A stretch of 64,000 nt of DNA from contig CM075977.1 in the NCBI GenBank assembly GCA_038087875.1, positions 114,142,001 through 114,206,000 of the forward strand. The letters are read 5' to 3'. Position 1 is the stretch's first letter; each line of letters begins with the position of its first letter. Below, piece by piece: positions 1 through 12,430 of the stretch. The notes beneath the pieces were generated by a model. The model was not told the DNA's origin. It saw nothing but the letters and a program-made list of their open reading frames with translations, and did no database searches. Origin of the DNA: Malacoraja senta (lineage: Eukaryota). A program made the translations under genes and the position numbers.

Positions 1-289
1 CCCTGAGGACCCTGGGATGCAGACCATCAGGCCCAGGGGATTTATCATCCTTCAGTCCCATTAGCCTACCCAATACTATTTCTCGCCTAATGAAAAATTC
101 ATTCAGTTCCTCTACCCTCTTAGATCCTCTGTCCTCCAGTACATCAGGGAGATTGTTTGTGTCTTCCTTAGTGAAGACAGATCCGAAGTACCTATTGAAC
201 TCTTCTGCCATTTCCTTGTTCCCCATAATAATTTCACCCATGTCTGCCTTCAAGGGTGATTTTGCTACTTATTCCCTTAACATATCTAA
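1..289 (-). mobile_element. CR1 LINE ORF2 fragment (endonuclease-RT linker), continues beyond the window start
   Basis: The reverse complement closely matches the CR1 ORF2 segment at ~15950-16250 (MGNKEMAEELNRYFGSVFTKEDTNNLP...KSPGPDGLHPRV region). Confidence 0.9.
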
Positions 290-732
290 AGATATGTTAA
301 GGGAATAAGATATGTTAAGTTGCGTATAGATATGCGTAAGTTGAGTAGATCCAGGAACACATCGGCTCTGTACGAAAGATCCACGAGCTGTTTGGCACTC
401 TTGACAGCCCACTCAGCTATTGCATTCGACTGTGGATATTCAGGGATGCTGGTGATGTGGCGAAAACCCCAGCATGCAGCAAACTCCTTGAGGTGTTGGC
501 TGGTAAATTGACTACCTTTATCAGATAACAGTATGCACGGAGCTTCGTGGTCTGCAAAATGGCGAACAAGCTTCGAAACTACCCCACGAGAAGTGAGGCT
601 GCTAAGAAAATCAATGTCAAACCATCCTGAATACGAATTGACAAGTACCAGGTACTGCTTGCCATGCCACTGAAATATGTCAGTTGCCACTGTAGACCAC
701 TGGAGTGCAGGAGCTGGATGTGAAAGAAGTGG

Positions 733-822
733 AAGGTACACAAAAATGCTGGAGAAACTCAGCGGGTGCAGCAGCATCTATGGAGCGAAGGAAATAGGTA
801 ACGTTTCGGGCCGAAACCCTTC
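733..822 (-). mobile_element. Short Penelope-like pLTR fragment with hammerhead-like core, inserted in the Gypsy integrase
   Basis: CACAAAAATGCTGGAGAAACTCAGC...GCAGCATCT...AACGTTTCGGGCCGAAACCCTTCT interrupts the integrase between the HHCC and core domains. Confidence 0.75.
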
Positions 823-1547
823 TTTGCTTTTGTTGATGAGGTGCGAAGCTGTTGCACACTGCACAGGATGCCACATTCTCGGTGATGTTTTCGGCCATGC
901 CAGGCCAGTAAAACATGTTTCTTGCCCTTAGGACGGTAGCTTCAGCGCCTGGGTGCCCTGCGTGGACAGCATAAAAATACTTGCTGTGCTGCGAAGCAGG
1001 GACCACAGCCTTGTGTCCTTTTACAATAATGCCATCCTAGCTCATCACGGACGGCAAAGAAAGGCCGAACTGGCAGCAGAACGTTGTAGTGCTTGTATGG
1101 CCAACCGGGCTTAATGACGGATGCAAGCGACCATAAAGTACTGTGAGCAGCAGTGTGGGCAACCAAGTCCTCCATACAGGACGAGGGAATAAAAGACACA
1201 GTCCTCACGACAAAGTCATCATCCGGCGAGGAAGGACCCTCACAGGTCTTCCGGGGTGCACGCGAGAGAGTGTCAGCCAGGTGCATATCCTTACCACATT
1301 TGTAGGTCAGAACAATGTCATCTTTTTGAAGCTGCAGCAGCATCCGCTGAAGGCATGAATCGGTTTGTTAAGGATGCTGATCAGAGGTTAGTGGTCAGTT
1401 TCAATCATGACCGTTTGTCCAAAGATAAAGTCGTTCAATTTCTTGCAGGCGAAAACAACCGGCAACAGCTCTTTCTCAATTTGGGCATATCGTTGTTCAG
1501 TGATAGTGCGTATAAAGTCATAGTGCGCGAGGCATAGGCAACAGGCT

Positions 1548-2190
1548 TAGATACATAGATACATGGAAAATAGGTGCAGGAGTAGGCCATTCGTCCCTTC
1601 GAGCCTGCACCGCCATTCAATATGATCATGGCTGATCATCTAACTCAGTATCCCGTACCTGCCTTCTCTCCATACCCCCTGATCCCTTTAGCCACAAGGG
1701 CCACATCTAACTCCCTCTTAAATATAGCCAATGAACTGGCCTCAACTACCCTCTGTGGCAGAGAGTTCCAGAGATTCACCACTCTCTGTGTGAAAAAGTT
1801 TTTCCTCATCTCGGTCTTAAAGGATTTCCCCCTTATCCTTAAGCTGTGACCCCTGGTCCTGGACTTCCCCAACATCGGGAACAATCTTCCTGCATCTAGC
1901 CTGTCCAACCCCATAAGAATTTTGTACGTTTCTATAAGATCCCCTCTCAATCTCCTAAATTCTAGCGAGTATAAGCCAAGTCTATCCAGTCTTTCTTCAT
2001 ATGAAAGTCCTGACATCCCAGGAATCAGTCTGGTGAACCTTCTCTGCACTCCCTCTATGGCTATATTGTCCTTCCTCAGATTTGGAGACCAAAACTGTAC
2101 GCAATACTCCAGGTGTGGTCTCACCAAGACCCTGTACAACTGCAGTAGAACCTCCCTGCTCCTATACTCAAATCCTTTTGCTATGAAAGC
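1548..2190 (-). mobile_element. 5'-truncated young CR1 LINE inserted in the Gypsy RNase H region
   Basis: ORF 1645-2139 (YRVLVRPHLEYCVQFWSP...GYGEKAGTGY), CR1 3'UTR and an octamer-repeat tail. Gypsy RH resumes on both sides. Confidence 0.95.
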
Positions 2191-3832
2191 TATTGTCTTA
2201 TTGCCGCTACCGTCATTATGAAGACAAGCTGCGCCCAGTCCGTGTTGTGAAGTGTCACGTCAGTGTGACTGGTCGTTTAGGATCAAAGTAAGCGAGAGTA
2301 GGAGCACAAGACATCTGCTGCTTAAGAGTGTCGAACGCCCTCTGCTGTTGCTCGTGCCAGGTCCAAGCAGTGTCTTTGTGTGTAAGCTGGCACAACGGGG
2401 CTGATATTTCACTGAAGTCCGGAATAAATTTGCTCAAGTAGTTCACCATGCCAAGGAATCTCTGCAGACCGAGCACGTCTGTGGGTGCTGGGAGCTCGTT
2501 GATAGCACTGATTTTCGCCGGATCAGTTTTTAGGCCGTCTTTAGTAAACACATGGCCTATGTATTTCACCTCACTTACCCTGAATTTGCATTTTTGAGGG
2601 TTCAGCCTGAGGTTGATGGCCTTGGCGCGATCCAGGACCTTCGTCAGATTAGCATTGTGTTCTTCAACAGTTCATCCCACAACGAGGATGTCATCCACTA
2701 CAATGGAGCATGAGTAACCTGCAAACAACTGCTACAAAGCTTGTTGAAATACTTCACTAACAGAGCTTATGCCAAAGGGCATGCGAAGAAATCTGTAACG
2801 CCGAATGGTGTGTTGAAAGTGGTTAACATGGAGGAGTTGTGTTCCAACGAAATCTGCCAGAATGAACACTTGGCATCTAGTATTGTGAATACAGTTGCCT
2901 CAGCCACCTGCGCAGCAATCTCGTCCACAGTGCGCATGGGATAGTGCGGTCGTTCAATGGCTGTGTTTAAGTCGTTAGGATTGATACAAATCCATATTTC
3001 GTCTTTATTCTTCTTCATTGCCACGACCATGGTGGAAACCCAATCCGAGGGGTCAACAACGGAAGCAATCACACCTGGAGACACTATTCTCTTGAGTTCA
3101 CTTTGAACATGGTCTCGCATAGCATGGGGAACCTTATGAGCTGGATGAACAACTGGAATTACCTCAGGGTCAATGGTAATTGTGTAGCTAACAGGCAACC
3201 TGCCCAGCTTGTCGTCAAACAAAGTTTTGTAATGTGTCAGGATTTGTTGGCTAAAGTCACAGGCTGTAGTCAGATGACAAACAGAAAGGCTGAAAGAGAC
3301 AAGTCCCATGTCTTGACATGTGTTGGCACCCAGCAGGGACGGCACATCCTCACGAACAACATAGAAACTCAGGTTGTGGACACGTGAGTTAAGACAGCTG
3401 CGTAACTCAACTTGACCGATAGGGTGCACTGGACCTCCTGCAAGTGGGAGAAGAGAGGCAGCCGTAGGAGTGACAGTCTCTGTTTTTCGTCACTTTTTAA
3501 ACACAGCTGGACAACTCACATTACATCTTGCGCCGGTGTCCACTTTCAGATAAAAGTTCTTGCCATTAACAAGCAAAGCTACCTTGGGATCTAGTTGTTT
3601 ATGCATTAAATCAGACAAGGAATGTACATCGGTCAAAACCTTTGCCAGCAGCTTGCAAATCCGTGGGAGCTGGTTGAGAGCATTCTGAGAGCAAGTTCTC
3701 ATGGGCAAGTGAATTAACAAATTGCCTTGTTTGAAATCAGTTGGTACGTGAACGACAGCATCTGAAGAAATGATTTCTTTTGTTGCAAAATTGACATAAT
3801 TTTCCATACGCAGGGCAACAGTCATGAACAGC

Positions 3833-4470
3833 AGACTGGGGTGGGTGCTGGGTCCACTGTTGTTTGACATAAGCATTAAGGATTTGGATGACAATGTAGT
3901 TAACATTGTTACTAAATTTTCACGTGACAAATTTGGTGGTACAATAGAGAGTGAGAAGGTATGTAGTAGTAGAAACAAAGAAATGCAGATGCTGGTTAAT
4001 ACAAGGACACAAAGTGTTGGAAAACTCAGCAGGTCATGCAGCATCTCTGAAGAATATGAATCGGTGACGTTTGGGGTCAAGAACGTTTTTCAGGCCAGTA
4101 TACCAGACGTTTATCTAAGTTTACAACAAGATCCAGATCAGGTGGGCAGATGGGCCAAGGAATGGCAAATTATATATAAGGGGTAGGAGTAGAATTAGGC
4201 CATTCAGCCCATCACTCCGCCATTCAATCATGGCTGATCTATCTCTCCCTCGTAACCCCATTCTCCTGCCTTCTCATAACTTCTGACGCCTGTACGAATC
4301 AAAAATCTATCTATCTCTGCCTTAAATACATCCACTGACTTTGCCTCCACGTCCTTCTGTGGCAAATAATTCCACAGATTCACCACCATTTGACTAAACA
4401 AAATTCCTCCTCATCTCCTTCCATTTAACTCTGACAAGTGTGAAGAGTTGCACTTTGGTACGTCAAACCA
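3833..4470 (+). mobile_element. Old CR1 RT relic with a nested PLE fragment (~3970-4090) and a CR1 3' end (~4183-4425, minus strand)
   Basis: VLGPLLF...LQQDPDQVGRWAKEWQ remnants; PLE-type ACACAAAGTGTTGG...GCAGCATCTCTG; CR1 3'UTR text. Confidence 0.7.
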
Positions 4471-5604
4471 GGGCAGAAAATGGAATAACATAGAACAAAT
4501 GTGAATGATGTTCATAGTGGGCTGGTGTCAGTTTCCATGCTGTATTTCTGAACTCTAATTTCTAAATTAGAAAGATTTCATCAGATTAAAAGAAAATAGA
4601 GTTTGCAATTGTCTGTGGATATTTTAGAACGTTTGGTCTTTCCAAATTGACTTTGCAAACTCCACCATGTGTGAAGAATGCCAATGATATTCAAAATATA
4701 TTGGGCGAATATTATTCTTATCTCCAGTCTATTTGACTGGTTAGTAATATTAAAGCATGGAACAAATAGAATTTTAAAATTGCAACTCTAGCATGGCAAT
4801 GGCATCAACTATTCTGCTTCCCTTCTTGTATGCCTGAATTATTATACTTATTGATGTTAAAACTGAATTACTAAGCTTTACTGAAAATAACAATAAAAGA
4901 TTAACCTTATCATGTTCACATGGTATCAGAGCTCATTTTAGTAAGCCAGAGAATTATAATGCCCATTTAAACCTCGTTGTTAATTATGTGCTTCTATTGT
5001 GTGCAATGAATTACCTTCTGTTAGATCTTAAGCAAATGCTCACACTAATTGTGTTTATTTTGATTTTTTTTCAAGGTTTTTTTTATTGAAATGCATGCAT
5101 GGTGTGAACTTTTATAAAATAATTGTATGGACAAATCCTAGAGAATTACATAAAATCAGCAACAGAGAAATACATTGATTTAATTAAGTTATAATGATCA
5201 AAAACCATGACATGATTTAGTTAAGGAGACCTTTGACTGTGGTTTGCAACTTTGCATAAATCATATTTTCAGAACAGGCGCTTAAAATACATAACCAGAA
5301 AGCAATAGTATGCTTATGGTCTAGCATTTAGAAGCAATGCAAGTTCAGGGTAACTTTAAATTAAAAGTATAAAATACTGTTCATTGAAGTTCAGACCTTT
5401 GCAACAAATTAATTATGTTCCACAGCTGGTTATATTTTGTACAAACATGAGTATGTAAAGTCGAGTCTCATCAGATGCACTTAGTGAAGATGATATATGT
5501 TGCATTTAAATGGGGTCTCAAATCTAAATTGAAAAGATAAATTAAGGCTTATTTGTTTTTCTTTATTTTATTTAATATTAACATTTAACGTTAATGAGAG
5601 GCAA

Positions 5605-6375
5605 CAGCCTCAAATTCCTGGGTGTGCATATCTCTGAAGATGTGTCCTGAGCCCTGCACATTGATGCAATTACAAAGAAAGCTAATCTACTTCCTTAGAA
5701 GACTGAGGAGATTCGGGATGTTGCCGAATATTCTATCAAACTCCTTAGGGTGGCACGGTTGGCCAGCGGTAGAGTTGCTGCCTTACAGCGCCAGAGACCT
5801 GGGTTCAATCCTGACTGCAGGTCAGTGCTGTCTGTGCGGAGGTATAAAGTTCTCCCCGTGACGGCGTGCGTCTTCTCCAGGAGCTCCGGTTTCAAACATT
5901 CCAAAGATTTGTAGGTGAATTGGCTTCAGTAAAAATTGTAAATTGTCCCTGGTGTGTAGGATAGTGTTAGTGTACGGGGATCGCTGGTTGGTGCGGACTC
6001 GGTAGGCCGAAGAGCTTGTTTCCTTGCTGTATCTCTGAAATAAACTAAACTAAACTAAACTAAACTATGGTCGAGAGCATACTGACTGGTTGCATCGTGG
6101 CCTGGTTCGGAAACTCGAACAATCCGGAATGAAGGAGGCTGCAAGGAATGGTAAACATTACCAGGCCTATCATGGTACTGATCTCCCCACCGTGGAAGCG
6201 ATCTACAGGAGATGCTGCCTCAAAAAGGCAGATACTATCATCAAAAATCCACTGTACCCTCGCCATGTACTCATCTCACTAGCACCAGCAGGACAAAGGT
6301 ACAGGAGACTGAAAATCATGGCCTCCAGTTCAAGAATACCTCATTCCCAGAAACCATCAGGCTCATGAACACTGC
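5605..6375 (+). mobile_element. Rex1/Babar-type LINE 3' fragment split by a SINE
   Basis: KFLGVHISED...YFLRRLRRFG, then LPTVEAIYRRCCLKKADTIIKNPLYPRH; homologous to the 9071-9385 ORF. Confidence 0.75.
5748..6066 (+). mobile_element. tRNA-derived V-SINE (HE1-like)
   Basis: Pol III box A/B head (TGGCCAGCGGTAG...GGTTCAATCC), V-domain-like TTCTCCCCGTGACGGCGTGCG...CTCCGGTTTC, CR1-like 3' end and (AAACT)n tail. Confidence 0.8.
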
Positions 6376-6629
6376 ACAATATTAATCATAACCCTACTTC
6401 CGCAGTTATGATTTATTTTGGTTGCACTATAGACATTCAACAGTTGTATGAATAGGAAAGTTTTAGAGAGATATGGACCAAACGTGGGCAGGTGGCATTA
6501 GTGTAGATATGGCATGTACAAATTGGGCCGAAGGGCCTGTTTCTGTGCTATATAACTCTACGACTATTCTATTTCAATCTTTTTAAAATACTTCTGAGAT
6601 GGTTGGAGCAGCAAACCTGGTGCACAGTT

Positions 6630-7315
6630 AGTCATAAGGTCATAAGGAATGGGAGTAGAATTAGGCCATTTGGCCCATCAAGTCTACTCCACCATTCAAT
6701 CATGACTGATCTATCTCTTCCTCCTAACCCCATTCTCCTGCCTTCTCCCCATAACTTCTGACACCTGTACTAATCAAGAATCTAATAGTGATAGTAATAG
6801 CCCTTCAGCCCAACTTGCCCACATTAGCCAACATGTCCCAGCTACACTAGTCCCACCTGCCTATGTTTGACCCACATCCCTCCAAACCTTTCCTATTCAT
6901 GTACCTGATTAACTGTTTCTTAAATGTTGGGATATCCCTGCCTCAACTACCTTCTCTGGCAGTTTTTTCCATTCACCCATCAGGTCGGGTACTTTTCGGC
7001 GCCACTGGTTCGGCGCCGCTGGTTCGGCGCCTCCGTTTTTAGTATCTGTACTCATCTGAACCCTAACCCTAACCCTGACCCTGACCCTAACCCTAACCCT
7101 AACCCTAACCCTAACCCTGACCCTAACCCTAACCCTAACCCTAACCCCCCAAAACGGCAGCGCCGAATGGTACCATTCCGTCACCCACCATCCTTTGTGT
7201 GAAAAAGTTACCCCTCCAATTCCTATTAAATCTTTTCCCCCAACCTTAACCCTGTGTCCTCTGGTCCTTGATTCACCTACTATGGGCAAGAGACTCTGTG
7301 CATCTACCCGATCTA
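6630..7315 (-). mobile_element. Adjacent CR1 3'-end fragments (about 6630-6785 and 6800-7315)
   Basis: CR1 3'UTR text and an RT C-terminal remnant (DRVDAQSLLPIVGESRTRGHRVKV). Confidence 0.75.
6982..7180. mobile_element. Small MITE-like insertion containing a (CCCTAA/CCCTGA)n telomeric array
   Basis: Flanked by a 9-bp direct repeat TCACCCATC/TCACCCACC inside a CR1 3' fragment. Imperfect 21-bp TIRs (GGTAC..TTCGGCGC core). About 15 telomeric hexamers at 7059-7147. Confidence 0.7.
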
Positions 7316-7399
7316 AAACACCTACAAAAGGATTGTGCAACTGCAAATACCATTTGAGAGGGTAAAAGTAAGGCATGGACTTGGTCGAGTATGTTCTGG

Positions 7400-8000
7400 T
7401 CAGGGCTTAATTAATGATTATACGTCAAGAATAAATGTTGGCCAAGGCACCAAGAGATTGCTTAAGGGCCTGTCCCACTTAGGAGACCTAAACAGCAACC
7501 TCTGGTGACCTTGCCCGCCACCCAAGGTTTCCATGAGGTCACAGGAGGGTATTGGTCACTCTCCCTAATGGTCGAAAGTGGTTTCCGCGTGGTCGAGGCT
7601 TCATCTAGGTTGCTGCTATTTTTTCTTCATGATTAAAACCGGCCTCGACCAAAAATAGGTTGCCGTTTTAAAAATTAATAATTTTTTTGTCGCAGGTCTA
7701 GTCGAAGCCGGTTGCGACGCTAGTCGAAGGTAGTCAAGGGAGGTCGAAGGAAGTTTTCTTCATAGTCGAGGAAGGTTTTCAACGTAGGAGGACGCAGGTC
7801 ACCACGACCTTGATTTTTTTTCGGGTGGCGGGCAAGGTCACCAGAGGTTGCTGTTTAGGTCTCCTAAGTGGGACAGGCCCTTTTTGCTCTTCCTTGAGAT
7901 ATACCATAGGGTCATTTGTGAGAAGGCAGATGTTTAGTTTAATGTGTCAATTGAAAGTGGCCACTGTCAATATAACTGCCTCACTTCATATTGCTCTAGA
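7400..8000 (-). mobile_element. Ancient Deu-domain SINE relic (SacSINE1/AmnSINE1-like), split by a MITE
   Basis: AATAAATGTTGGCCAAGGCACC...TGCTCTTCCTTGAGATATACCATAGGG...GTTTAATGTGTCAATTGAAAG resembles my recollection of the Deu-domain consensus. Not verified by alignment. Confidence 0.5.
7465..7881. mobile_element. PIF/Harbinger-type MITE
   Basis: Perfect ~59-bp TIRs (AGGGCCTGTCCCACTTAGGAGACCTAAACAGCAACC...), flanked by TTA / TTT. Confidence 0.85.
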
Positions 8001-8177
8001 TGGTTTGCTGAGAAGATATCCTTTGGTCTCTGAAATTAAGTGAGTCATTTGTAGGCAAATGAACAATGTGTTCTGAATGAGGCCACCAACTACTGTGCAG
8101 CGAGATCTCCCCTACAAAAATGAGAGTAATCTCCAAGTAACATGTTTCCATCGTACAGATGGAGAAAAAGAGATGAG

Positions 8178-8608
8178 GCTTGTACTCGCTAGAATTTAGA
8201 AGATTGAGGGGGGATCTTATAGAAACTTACAAAATTCTTAAGGGGTTGGACAGGCTAGATGCAGGAAGATTGTTCCCGATGTTGGGGAAGTCCAGAGCAA
8301 GAGGTCACAGTTTAAGGATAAGGGGGAAGTCTTTTAGGACCGAGATGAGAAAAACATTTTTCACACAGAGAGTGGTGAATCTGTGGAATTCTCTGCCACA
8401 GAAGGTAGTTGTGGCCAGTTCATTGGCTATATTTAAGAGGGAGTTAGATGTGGCCCTTGTGGCTAAAGGGATCAGGGGATATGGAGAGAAGGCAGGTACG
8501 GGATACTGAGTTGGATGATCAGCCATGATCATATTGAATGGCGGTGCAGGCTCGAAGGGCCGAATGGCCTACTCCTGCACCTATTTTCTATGTTTCTATG
8601 TTTCTATG
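8178..8608 (+). mobile_element. CR1 3' end (young subfamily)
   Basis: ORF 8180-8509 ends ELDVALVAKGIRGYGEKAGTGY; 3'UTR and (TTTCTATG)n tail. Confidence 0.95.
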
Positions 8609-8611
8609 AGG

Positions 8612-9900
8612 GTTTAAAGCTTTCACAACATCCTTCAGTGTTTTACACTCAATCAAATTGTTTTTAAATGTTACTGTTGTAAAATCATGGCAGCCGAGCT
8701 TTGTACAACAATCTCCCACCAAAGCATTGTAATAATGAATGAGAACCAGAATTAGCTGGGCATCCTGCGTTGATTGTTCTGCTCTTCTTCCAAAAATTGT
8801 TTTCAAGCCCATCTTTAATTTTAATTTTTAGTTTTAGAGATAGTAAGGAAACAGGCCCCTCGGCCCACCGAGTCCACGCCGACCAGCAATCATCCATACA
8901 CTAATTCTATCCTACACATTAGTGTGTAGTCTGAAGATCTTTCCTGGTCCGAGAACACTGATGCCATTATTAAAAAAGCACATCAGCGCCTCTACTTCCT
9001 GAGAAGATTACGGAGAGTCGGTATTTCAAGGAGGACTCTCTCTAACTTCTACAGGTGCACAGTAGAGAGCATGCTGACCGGTTGCATCATGGCTTGGTTT
9101 GGCAACTTGAGCGCCCTGGAGAGGAAAAGACTACAAAGAGTAGTAAACACTGCCCAGTTCATCATCGGCTCTGACCTCCCTTCCATCGAGGGGATCTATC
9201 ACAGTCGCTGCCTCAAAAAGGCTGGCAGTATCATCAAGGACCCACACCATCCTGGCCACACACTCATCTCCCTGCTACCTTCAGGTAGAAGGTACAGGAG
9301 CCTGAAGACTGCAACGACCAGGTTCAGGAATAGCTACTTCCCCACAGCCATCAGGCTATTAAACCTGGCTCGGACAAAACACTGAACTTTATTAGCCAAT
9401 TAACCGCTATTTGCATTTTATCAGTATATTGATTCATGTGTGTATATAGTTATAGAATGATATATGGACACACTGATCTGTTTTGTAGTCAATGCCTACT
9501 ATGTTCTATTGTGCTGAAGCAAAGCAAGAATTTCATTGTCCTATCAGGGACACATGACAATAAACTCACTTGAACTTGAACTTGAACATTAGGGACAAGT
9601 TACAGAAGCCAATTAAACTACAAACCTGCTCATCTTTGGAATGTGGGAGGAAACCGGAGCACCCGTACAAAACCCACGCAGTCACAGGGAGAATGTGCAA
9701 ACTTCGTACATAAAGCAACCCTAGTCAGGATCGAACCCGGGTCTCTGGCACTGTAAGGCAGCAGCTCTAGCACTGTGCCACTGACATAGATGATTCACTG
9801 AAACATTTGTTTCAAAAGATGGTGTCTGTGTCAGCGGAGCAGTCCCTCAGTAATGCGCTGGAGAGTCAGTGCACGTTATTGTGTCTGTATTTGTGAGATC
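8612..9900 (-). mobile_element. Nested stack: DeuSINE relic (about 8612-8815 and 9790-9900) containing a minus-strand V-SINE (about 8820-8922 and 9590-9785)
   Basis: The V-SINE halves rejoin across the LINE insertion. The outer parts resemble SacSINE1 (CTGCTCTTCTTCC; GCAGTCCCTCAGTAATGCGCTGGAGAGTCAG). Confidence 0.6.
8923..9585 (+). mobile_element. Rex1/Babar-type LINE 3' portion
   Basis: KKAHQRLYFLRRLRR, ORF 9071-9385 (RYRSLKTATTRFRNSYFPTAIRLLN), (TTGAAC)n tail, and ACATTAG direct repeat at 8916-8922 / 9586-9592. Confidence 0.85.
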
Positions 9901-11665
9901 TCAAATATTCATCTTCTTCACACTGAATTCATTGCCAACTGAATTAAGACTGAGACTGTTACTAAACAAATGTTGATCAGATCATCAGCATAATACCCTT
10001 GGACTTCTCGGAATTGTGCACTGCCGTAATCCGTTTTATAGTTCTCGCTAATGAGCCACTTCATCATTATAAATGGCCAACTTTCACAATGCAGCTGCGG
10101 TATACACAATTGATGAGGAATATAATTGAACGGTAATAGAGAAAAAAGCCCTGAAAGCACTGGTAATTTTGGTTATAGATGACATGAATGTTTTTGGTGT
10201 ATATACTATCTAGAAAAAAAAGGTGTGTTTGGCGGGTACATGATAGAGTGCACATGGATTCTATAACTCGAATAGATGAGCCAGAGGTGCATGAGAAAAA
10301 TTTGCATACCAAGAGCACAAACAGAATTGTAAGGTAAAGACATGGAAAACAGGTGCACATGAATAATAGTCTGTAGATTGGAGGACTCGCCTTAAAACGT
10401 CACCCATTCTTTCTCTCCAGAGATGCTCCCTGTCCCGCTAAGTTACTCCAGCTTTTTGTGTCTACACATGAATAATGGTTGTTAAAGATGCATGTAGATG
10501 CATGTAGTAAAATGTAGCTGTGGAGATTCCTTGTATCACAGATGAATCCTGTTTGGTCAGGTTCTCCCAAGCCTCACTGAAGACAATGGGATCACCCATC
10601 AGAGCTACTTTTCAAATTAAGAGTTCTGCCGTACATCTATAATTAATACAGAGGGAAGAAATTGGCCCCCGTCATATGTGCTAAACATGTAATAAGACAC
10701 AAAGCAGACCTAGTGAGTAATTCTTGTCATGTCTTAAGGATTATTAATAATTCCTGGTGGCTGACTATTAAATATTTAATGGTAATGATAAAGTGTTTAG
10801 TTTATTAGGAATATCTCTGCATTCCTCCAACAAATGGTAACCATGTCTACAATATAACCATGCCTTTTGCACGTTATTGAAAGGCATGATTTTTCCTAGT
10901 AGATTTTTTTTTCACTTCATGGTGCTCAAATAACAAATTATGTTCCAATGTAGCCAAATTTACCTTCCTGGGATTGCTGTCTTCCTGAGTGGCAAGAGCA
11001 AATATTAATTCCAATGTCAGAATCAATCCTCTGGCTTGTGGGAGAGTATTAAAATCCGCTGTGAATCATCTTTTAAGCATAGTCGTCATCCGTCCCCTGC
11101 ATCAATTCACTGCAAATACCTGGACAAGGCTAACATCGCTTCTTCAAGGGTCGATTTATAATACAACACATTTTCTGGCACAGCGCTGCTTTGAAGAATT
11201 AACCTTTTTAATTACTTTGCTGGTGCTTTGAAACCTTACAGATTATTAAACACTAAATTGACCATAGTTTTTCTCTCGGTTTCTTTCATTTTTCAACTTC
11301 TTTTCAGTTGGTACAAATGCTCAGAGCAACACTACACACAGATGAATCATATGTTGGTCCTTTCTCCTGACATCCCACCAATCTTTTCTCACATATGTGC
11401 CTTTTGCTAAGATGAATGAGCACAGGGAATATCAAGCCCTTAAGGCTCAGGGGATCTGTATCATAGTTCTTCTCTCTCCTGGTAAAGACTTAACAGCATA
11501 GAGCATTGGTTAAGATGCAAGCTATGGTCTCAGGCATTTTCTCAAAACTCTGCCATCCAAAGCTGTAGCTATCTCTCATACTCTGGAATTTTGAATTATA
11601 TGTGGGATAAGAGCCATTAATCTCCAGTAACTGAATTCAAAGTTTTAGCTATTTTATAAGCCTTG

Positions 11666-12430
11666 GTGTAGACACAAGGAATTCCAGATGCTGGTTTACA
11701 AAAGGAGACACTCAGTGTTGGATCTCAGTGGGTGAGGCAGCATATCTGGAGGATATGGATAGTTGACAATTTGGGTCAGGACCCTGCTTCAGACTGATCG
11801 CAATAGGGGGGATAAAGCAGCAAGGGATGTGGAGGATGGGACAAAGCCAGGCAAGTGATAGATGGATGTAGGAGACGGGGGTTTCGTGGTAGATGGGTAG
11901 ACTAAGGGTAGAATTGAAAATAAGACAAAAGGCTGTGAGATAAGGAGAGAAGAGGCATGGAAGGGATATATGAGGAGCAAATAGGGGGAGAAATGGGTGT
12001 GCATCCAGGTGGGGCACAGGGAAGAGAGGGGGAAAGAAAGTGAGAGGGAGGGTTGGGGAGGGAGAGTGGTTCTTGGTTAGTTATTTAATATTGGAGAATT
12101 CTTTGTTCATACTGAAGATAGACACAAAAAGCTGGAGTAACTCAGCGGGTCAGGCAGCATCTCTGGAGAAAAGGAATAGGTGATGCTTCAGGTCGAGACC
12201 CTTCTTCAGCTTCACATCGTTGGGTTGGAAGCTACCTAAGTGGATAATGAGGTACTATTCCTCCAATTTGCATGTGGCCTCACTCAGGCAATGGAAATGT
12301 AGCAGGATAGAAAGGTCAGTTTGGGATGGAAAGAGGAGTTTAAATGGTTAGCAACTTGGAAATCTAACAGGCCTTGGCAGGTTGAGGGCAAATATTTGGC
12401 AAGGCGGTCACCCATCTCTCTTCCAGTTTT
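11666..12430 (-). mobile_element. 5'-truncated Penelope-like element (GIY-YIG C-terminus plus 3' pLTR) with a second pLTR piece nested at ~12112-12210
   Basis: KTGREMGDRLAKY...QVANHLNS remnant of the PLE endonuclease. The 3' region is homologous to 27533-28075. Confidence 0.75.

Larger units (their letters stand above)
310..3825 (-). mobile_element. Decayed Ty3/Gypsy LTR-retrotransposon internal region (gag-PR-RT-RH-IN, Mag/K02A2.6-like); no LTRs visible
   Basis: Minus-strand motifs appear in Gypsy order: gag knuckle CQFCNKRNHFFRCC (~3750-3810), protease KVDTGARCNV, RT (LNTAIERPHYP, LDAKCSFWQI, TFNTPFG, IVVDDILV), RNase H (KPVAYASR, LADTLSR), integrase HHCC (HAGH...CAVC) and core (TDIF, SDKGSQF, YPQSNAIAE). 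Multiple stops and frameshifts. Confidence 0.92.

Noticed and set aside
5748-5820. tRNA gene
   Set aside because: It is the tRNA-derived head of a SINE and continues into the V-domain and LINE-like tail.
6909-7376. ORFs with (VR)n and (NP)n runs
   Set aside because: These are translations of the telomeric hexamer array.
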